From Candidatus Poseidoniales archaeon (GTDB lineage: Archaea; Thermoplasmatota; Poseidoniia; Poseidoniales; Poseidoniaceae): a stretch of DNA of 64,000 bases. The notes beneath the pieces are model-generated. The model worked only from the letters and a program-made list of their open reading frames with translations, was not told the DNA's origin and did not search any database. Location of the stretch: NCBI GenBank assembly GCA_012959275.1, contig DUDM01000043.1:2910-66909 (forward strand), in the 5' to 3' direction. Every line of letters starts with the position of its first letter. Position 1 is the first letter of the stretch. Positions 58,478 through 64,000 of the stretch are shown here, piece after piece. The position numbers and the translations under genes were made by a program.

Positions 58478-58603
58478 GGGAGTGGGGCTTGAACCCACGA
58501 CCTTCGGATGTCTCAGACACCACGGAGATTGACTTCAGCGCGAACATATGCCATTTCTGGCTGCCCTATGAGTCCGACGCGCCACCAACTACGCCACCCC
58601 GGC
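58474..58603 (-). tRNA. Intron-containing tRNA with anticodon CAU (elongator tRNA-Met or tRNA-Ile2); 57-nt intron at canonical position 37/38 (58510-58566)
   Basis: Exon 1: GCCGGGG-UG-GCGU-AGUUGGUG-GCGC-G-UCGGA-CUCAUA. Exon 2: A-UCCGA-AGGUC-GUGGG-UUCAAGC-CCCAC-UCCCGGC-A. Spliced length 73 nt with canonical numbering; anticodon 34-36 = CAU; G1:C72 so not an initiator. The intron interrupts one nucleotide 3' of the anticodon, as in archaeal BHB-spliced introns. Confidence 0.7.
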
Positions 58604-58699
58604 GACGAGCCCGCCGACTCGCCGCCCCGTCTTCAAGGGTGCGGCCGTAGCGACTGTCCGACGCGCAGCGTTGATGTGCCCCCAATTACCCGACTGTCC

Positions 58700-60061
58700 A
58701 TGGCGGATGTTGTTATGCCCTTGCTGGGAAGCCGCATAAGGATGGAAGTTTCCACATTTGCAGGAAAAACCGTGCATGAAGGAATGGTATTGCCTTCTGC
58801 AGGAGAAGGCCATGTCACTCTAAAATTGGTTAATGGCTACAATGTTAGCCATCCGCTAACAGAGGTCTCTTCACTTGAGGAATTATCGCCACCAGTTGAA
58901 TCTTCAAGCACCAGTACTCCTGAAGTTGAATTAGATCAATCATTGCCTTTGGTGAGGATTATCCATACAGGAGGTACAATCGCTAGTAAGGTGGACTATG
59001 CAACGGGGGCGGTCGTAGCCCGTTTTGAGCCTGAGGAGATGCTCGCCGCTTTTCCTGAAATGGCAAGTATCGCTAGGATTGAGGCTGTAAAACTTGGAAA
59101 TATGTGGTCGGATGACATGCGCCCTCAACATTGGAATCAGATTTCCTCTGCGATTGTTGATGCTTTTGCAGATGGTGCTACTGGGGTAGTGATTACCCAA
59201 GGTACTGATACAATGCACTTTACTTCAGCCGCTCTTTCCTATATGTGGGCTGGAAATGGGCAGCGGCCACCCGGAAGAATTGTCCTAACAGGGTCGCAAC
59301 GTTCCAGTGACAGAGGTTCAACAGATGCCGCTGAAAATATCATGGCTGCAGTTTATTGGGCGGCACATGGACCTTTGCCCGATGGTGGACTTGGAGATAC
59401 TGCGGTTATTGTCATGCATTCGAGTAGTGATGATGGGAGTTCTGTAGTTTTACCTGGATGTGCAGTAAGGAAGAGCCATTCAAGTAGAAGAGATGCCTTC
59501 CGTTGCGTTAATTCTCAACCAATAGCATATGTTTCAAATTCCCATGGCGAAATGAGCCATCAAATAATGGGGCATTACAAGCCTTCTTATTCAAGAGATA
59601 TAACGAATTCTCCTACTTCGATAAATGAGAATCTTAGAATCTGCCAACTGCTTGCAGGTCCTCACTTACATGCTGATATCATCAGTGCCTTATCAGGACT
59701 TGATTACGATGCATTATTGATTCATGGAACTGGTCTTGGGCATCTACCGATTGAGGATGCAATGGGCGATACACCAGAAAACATTGCACTTCACAAAGCC
59801 ATCGGAGAGTGGTGCTCTTCAGGAAGAATCGCAGTAGTCTCCACTCAGTGTATCCATGGACCGGTTAATTTAGCCGTTTATTCAAAGGGTCGTATTCAAC
59901 AAGAATTGGGGATGATTGGCCATGATAGTAATACAGGACCTGATTCTGCCTTGATTAAACTGCATTACTTACTCTCAACCCATGGCAGGGATTTCGAGCA
60001 AATCAAAGGTGCTTGGAATGATAATTTAATGGGTGAAAACCCTCCCAACTTGCAGAGTTGA
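58700..60061 (+). CDS. gatD: Glutamyl-tRNA(Gln) amidotransferase subunit D (GatD)
   Basis: N-terminal GatD-specific domain (EVSTFAGKTVHEGMVLPSAGEGHVTLKLVNGYNVS) followed by an L-asparaginase-like domain (VRIIHTGGTIAS, GVVITQGTDTM, HGTG). The ORF-track start at 58508 overlaps the opposite-strand tRNA; the true start was taken as MADVVMPL at 58700. Confidence 0.8.
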   Translation: MADVVMPLLGSRIRMEVSTFAGKTVHEGMVLPSAGEGHVTLKLVNGYNVSHPLTEVSSLEELSPPVESSSTSTPEVELDQSLPLVRIIHTGGTIASKVDYATGAVVARFEPEEMLAAFPEMASIARIEAVKLGNMWSDDMRPQHWNQISSAIVDAFADGATGVVITQGTDTMHFTSAALSYMWAGNGQRPPGRIVLTGSQRSSDRGSTDAAENIMAAVYWAAHGPLPDGGLGDTAVIVMHSSSDDGSSVVLPGCAVRKSHSSRRDAFRCVNSQPIAYVSNSHGEMSHQIMGHYKPSYSRDITNSPTSINENLRICQLLAGPHLHADIISALSGLDYDALLIHGTGLGHLPIEDAMGDTPENIALHKAIGEWCSSGRIAVVSTQCIHGPVNLAVYSKGRIQQELGMIGHDSNTGPDSALIKLHYLLSTHGRDFEQIKGAWNDNLMGENPPNLQS

Positions 60062-60117
60062 TAGTGTGCTTATACAACCGCGTTGGTCAAGAACTTGATT
60101 GCTATGGGAGTGGTTGG

Positions 60118-61674
60118 ATGAGCAGTCAAGATCACGTCGAGGATTTGCGCTCCTACCGTCAATCTGCCTTAGCGGGTGGCGGTATGAAGCGGCTCGAATC
60201 TATCCGCAATAGTGGCCGTAGGACTGCACGCGACAGAATCAGAGCCTTGCTTGATGAGGATAGTTTCCATGAGATTGACAGTTTTGTATCTCATCGTTCC
60301 ACTGATGATAATTTGCATTTATTGAATCATCTTGGAGATGGAGTTGTTACTGGCCATGGGACTATTGATGGACGCCGAATCTACTGTTTCGCTCAGGACT
60401 TTTCAGTTCATGGAGGTAGTATGGGTGAGATGCACGCTCAGAAAATCAGCAAACTTGTTGAAATGGCAGAGAGAGCCCGTGTGCCCATTATTTGCATTTG
60501 GGATGGCGGGGGTCAACGCGCTCAGGATGGAGTAACTGCCCTTGCTGGAACCGGTGTATTACTCGATAGATTGGTCCAATGCAGTGGTCGTATTCCGATG
60601 ATTAGTTTGGTCCTTGGCCCTGTAGTGGGTGTTTCTGCTCTGTCTGCAAGTCTTTCCGACTTTACAATCCTTGGTCGTGAGCATGGCCAATTATTCATGT
60701 CTAGCCCACTCGAGACTCCAGAAGTAATCTCTGGAGAAGTAGATTCAGCCGGACTTGGAGGAGCGGATTTGCACTCAAGTCGTTCGGGAATTGCCTGTCT
60801 CGTTGCTGAAGATGAAGATGATGCGATAGATATCGTTGCGATGTTGCTTTCGTACCTACCAGACCACAATATGGCAGAACCGCCTCACCTTCCTACGCCT
60901 GACCCCTTTGATAGAATATCTGAAGACCTGAAGGATATCGTGCCGGATAATCCAAATCGCCCATATGATATGGTCAAGGTCATCAAGGAAGTTGTTGATG
61001 AAGAAGAATTTTTGGAATTATTCCCCAGTTATGCCGAGAACATCGTCATTGGATTTGCTCGCTTAGATGGATATCCCGTTGGTGTAATTGCCAACCAACC
61101 AAAAGTATTGGCAGGTTGTCTTGATATTGACGCCTCAATCAAGGCTGCTCGTTTTATTCGCACATGTGATGCCTTTTCGATTCCCCTTCTTACCTTCGAG
61201 GATGTCCCCGGATTCCTTCCAGGAGTGGTTCAAGAATGGGGTGGAATCATTCGGCATGGCGCAAAATTACTGTTTGCATATGCTGAAGCAACTGTGCCGA
61301 AAATGACGGTGGTTGTACGCAAGGCCTACGGTGGAGCATATTTGGCGATGTCCTGCAAACATTTGCAATCCGACTATAATATTGCTTGGCCAACTGCAGA
61401 ATTAGCAGTCATGGGTGCTGAAGGTGCAGTAAATATCATTCATCGAAGAGAAATTGCTGCAGCAAGTGTCGAAGAGCGTGAAAATGTTAGAACTTCCCTG
61501 ATAGATGAGTACAAGGCAAAATTCGGCGACCCATATGTGGCAGCGAGAAATGGTTGGCTGGATGATGTCATCGAGCCACAAGAAACACGTCTCCGGTTAA
61601 TTCGCGCCTTGCGTTTGTTGAAGTCTAAGCGTGAGTGGACACCACCTAAGAAACACGGCAATATTCCCTTGTAG
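60118..61674 (+). CDS. Acyl-CoA carboxylase carboxyltransferase subunit (propionyl-CoA carboxylase beta / methylmalonyl-CoA decarboxylase alpha family)
   Basis: About 519 aa. N- and C-terminal crotonase-like carboxyltransferase halves (MKRLESIRNSGRRTARDRIRALLDEDSFHEID; GGSMGEMHAQKISKLVE; YGGAYLAMS; AWPTAELAVMGAEGAVNII) are characteristic of PccB/AccD5/MmdA. Confidence 0.8.
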   Translation: MSSQDHVEDLRSYRQSALAGGGMKRLESIRNSGRRTARDRIRALLDEDSFHEIDSFVSHRSTDDNLHLLNHLGDGVVTGHGTIDGRRIYCFAQDFSVHGGSMGEMHAQKISKLVEMAERARVPIICIWDGGGQRAQDGVTALAGTGVLLDRLVQCSGRIPMISLVLGPVVGVSALSASLSDFTILGREHGQLFMSSPLETPEVISGEVDSAGLGGADLHSSRSGIACLVAEDEDDAIDIVAMLLSYLPDHNMAEPPHLPTPDPFDRISEDLKDIVPDNPNRPYDMVKVIKEVVDEEEFLELFPSYAENIVIGFARLDGYPVGVIANQPKVLAGCLDIDASIKAARFIRTCDAFSIPLLTFEDVPGFLPGVVQEWGGIIRHGAKLLFAYAEATVPKMTVVVRKAYGGAYLAMSCKHLQSDYNIAWPTAELAVMGAEGAVNIIHRREIAAASVEERENVRTSLIDEYKAKFGDPYVAARNGWLDDVIEPQETRLRLIRALRLLKSKREWTPPKKHGNIPL

Positions 61675-61943
61675 TCACAGGCTCAAGATAACAGGAAATT
61701 CGTGGAGTAATTTTTGGCAAATTTTACGTATTCTTTTACGCCCTTTATTGTCTTTTATTTCGCTTCTTCTTTGTGCTCTGATTAAGCCTGCAAAAGGTGT
61801 CCAACATAATTTGTCTAACCATTGATCTCGTCGTCTCATCATTTCATCCCAACATTAGCATCAGGCTGAGGGGTATGTGATTTTCCAAGGGGGTTATTTA
61901 GGAAAACTGAAAGTAAAGTTCTTTAATTGAGAAAAGTGATTTT

Positions 61944-62900
61944 TCAATTGGACAGAGATTGGCAAATTCTAGCGGTTAAGGCATCGAGTTGTAGGTCTTC
62001 GCCTCCACCTTCGACAAGGCGAAAATCAATCTCTGCCATCAATTCGGTTAAGTCTAATTTAGCCCCTTCACTGAGGAAATCAGAATTGTATAATTCTCTA
62101 TGTAATTGATTGACTAAATCCGTTCCTGCAAGACCAAATTCATCAAGCAAAGTTCGCAGCCTTCTTCGGGCTGCATGGAAGCCATCTTCTCGACAAGCTA
62201 AAAGGTAGCCTTGCAAGGCTTCTGGAGGAGCAGTTGCAGTAGTTTCGTAAATCATTGAACGAGTGATATGTGGGTCAAGGGCGGCTGCAACTTGCAAGGC
62301 TGTAATCGCTTTGCGCAAGTCACCTCTGCTGATCAGAACTATCGCTTCAGCAGCGTCAGCATCTAATTCAACTCCTTCAATTTCTGAGACAGACATAATC
62401 TGGGATGTTACATCATCATTTGGCAGCGGCCTAAAGCGAAATACTGCACAGCGCGACTGAATAGGCTCAATTACCTTAGAGGAGTAATTACAGGATAGAA
62501 TAAATCTACAAGTTTGGGCATATTGCTCCATTATTCTTCGCAAAGCACCTTGAGCATCATTGGTCAATGCATCTGCCTCGTCGAGAAAAATAATCTTGAA
62601 AGCGGCACCATGTAGGGGTGCAGTTCTGGCAAACTGCTTGACTTTTGTGCGTATACTTTCCAGTTTTCTCTCATCGCTGGCATTCATTTCGAGGAGGTTA
62701 TCGCGAAATTTCTCCCCATATACATCTCTTGCTAAGGCCATTGCAGCAGTGGTCTTTCCGGTCCCTGGTGGGCCAGCGAAAAGCAAGTGTGGAAATTCCT
62801 TTTTTACAGCGTAAACTTTCAGCCGTTTAACTGCGCTGCTTTGTCCACGAATCTCCGTGACCGTCTTCGGTCGATGCTTCTCGACCCATAGTTCGCTCAT
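61944..62900 (-). CDS. rfcS: Replication factor C small subunit (clamp loader)
   Basis: MSELWVEKHRPKTVTEIRGQ, Walker A LLFAGPPGTGKTTAAMALA, DEAD box FKIIFLDEADALT, SRC motif ILSCNYSSKVIEPIQSRCAVFRF. No intein. Start taken at the internal Met of the ORF-track ORF (which begins with GTG); coordinate is approximate to within 1 nt. Confidence 0.85.
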   Translation of the reverse strand: MSELWVEKHRPKTVTEIRGQSSAVKRLKVYAVKKEFPHLLFAGPPGTGKTTAAMALARDVYGEKFRDNLLEMNASDERKLESIRTKVKQFARTAPLHGAAFKIIFLDEADALTNDAQGALRRIMEQYAQTCRFILSCNYSSKVIEPIQSRCAVFRFRPLPNDDVTSQIMSVSEIEGVELDADAAEAIVLISRGDLRKAITALQVAAALDPHITRSMIYETTATAPPEALQGYLLACREDGFHAARRRLRTLLDEFGLAGTDLVNQLHRELYNSDFLSEGAKLDLTELMAEIDFRLVEGGGEDLQLDALTARICQSLSN

Positions 62901-63018
62901 GCAATAAATGGGCTGATGGCGACGCCCATTGAACCTTGTCTTTGGAGCCTTTCTCATGGCCGCCCTACGGGCGGCCGAGGCGAAGCCTGATAACAAAGTC
63001 AGATTGTCCACTGCAACA

Positions 63019-64000
63019 TGGGCATGCTACAGACCACCACTTCACCAAAAAATAGTACCCGCGCATTGATTCTAGTGATTCTTTTTCTCTTTGCTGACTT
63101 GATGGTTCCACAATTATATCCCGCAACAACTTTGCAGGAAGATGGCAATCCTTCTCGAGTTTCTACAACATGGGATTTCAATGTTAGTATTGATACAATG
63201 ATTGAATCCAGCTCGCCACTGGCAAATCATGGTTCTGATGGTGCCGCATCGGTAGGAATTGATGGAATGTCAGAGAGCCGAATGTTGTTAGATTTTGTTT
63301 TGAATCTTAGTTCGGTGCAGGTCCATTCTGCTACATTGAATTTGGAATGCTCCCAAGGTGATGGCGAATCAGCGTTTTTCCAAATTTCAAACTTGACTCA
63401 TGGGTTTAACGAAAGCAATGCCAATTGGGGAAACTCCAACACTTCGGTGAGTTGGAGTGAAATGGGAGCAGAATCCCTCCTCGACCGTTCAGCATGGGAA
63501 CCCTCATTGGCAGTTTCAACCAATGGTACAGTGAACTTGAATGTGACTCGACTTGTGCAACAACGTGTTCTCAATGCATGGACTTCAATGCGATTTATCG
63601 TGGCTGGTACAGATTCACAATATGAGTGCTATACCAGCGATGACAGTAATACCTCCTTACACCCTACTTTGAGTATTGAATTCAGTAACAACACAGCATC
63701 CTCACTTGGCAGTATCCTTCCAAATTGGATTGAAGATGGCGCATCATTGATGACTGGAGATTTCATTTTGGCTGCAGATACCACACCAACTATGACTTGG
63801 ACCAACCTATCTGGAGATGCAGTATTGGTTCAGGTATCAGGTTCTGATAAGTTTAGGATGGAATCAGACTTTGGAAGTCATTGGAATTCCATTGACGACC
63901 CTTCGATGTTCACTCTTGCAGGCAATGGAAGTATGAGCATTGGCTCCTCAAATGCCCTTAGTAATGGTTCAACTATTTACTATCGAATGCGGGCTATGAA
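63019..64000 (+). CDS. Secreted hypothetical protein, N-terminal part (ORF runs off the window end)
   Basis: Open frame from the ATG at 63019 to the window end with no stop. MGMLQTTTSPKNSTRALILVILFLFADLMVPQL is signal-peptide-like. Thr/Ser/Asn-rich with many N-x-S/T sequons, resembling the other surface proteins in the window. Divergent from rfcS. Confidence 0.5.

Noticed and set aside
57214-58603. Integrated element at the tRNA(CAU) 3' end
   Set aside because: No integrase, transposase or phage-like gene is present next to the tRNA, and the inverted repeats plus T-tract are fully explained as a terminator. Kept only as a low-probability alternative in findings.
58508-58699. ORF-track N-terminal extension of gatD (Pro/Arg-rich 64 aa)
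   Set aside because: It overlaps the opposite-strand intron-containing tRNA. The GatD-homologous sequence begins at MADVVMPL (58700).
1-64000. CRISPR array / cas genes
   Set aside because: No short direct repeats at regular spacing and no Cas-like ORFs were found. The repeats seen are protein-level repeats inside surface-protein genes.

Overview
Archaeal chromosomal window, euryarchaeal type, about 47% GC. Housekeeping calls include DNA polymerase II small subunit (DP1), RFC small subunit, Pelota, GatD, TatA, a Nob1-like PIN endonuclease, formate-THF ligase, an archaeal-style tRNA-Glu, tRNA-Val, and a tRNA(CAU) with a 57-nt intron at position 37/38. The window is dominated by genes for very large cell-surface proteins. 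These share a Sec signal peptide at the N-terminus and a single C-terminal TM helix followed by a basic tail. This composition is reminiscent of planktonic Marine Group II/Poseidoniales-like archaea, but the taxon cannot be proven from sequence alone. Two accessory loci stand out. First (2.1-25.0 kb), a MacB/FtsE-type ABC ATPase and a 1568-aa double-FtsX permease with huge extracytoplasmic domains lie directly upstream of a 1057-aa CARDB-like surface protein and a roughly 4500-aa giant protein. The giant protein carries parallel beta-helix repeats, cadherin-like repeats, an embedded type-1 copper (cupredoxin) domain and, after its C-terminal membrane anchor, an in-frame archaeal type-IV-pilin/DUF1628-like module. 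Second (25.8-41.5 kb), a complete maltodextrin/starch utilisation island. It encodes a MalEFGK-type ABC importer, a membrane-anchored GH13 amylase with a CBM48-like domain, a 1490-aa membrane-anchored GH57 enzyme, an alpha-glucan phosphorylase and a GH77 4-alpha-glucanotransferase. Other notable items are a fused KDG-kinase/KDPG-aldolase gene, a flotillin/NfeD operon, a Ser-less alpha/beta-hydrolase-like surface protein, and a perfect 14-bp inverted repeat overlapping the 3' end of the intron-containing tRNA. No CRISPR array, rRNA or obvious mobile element was seen.
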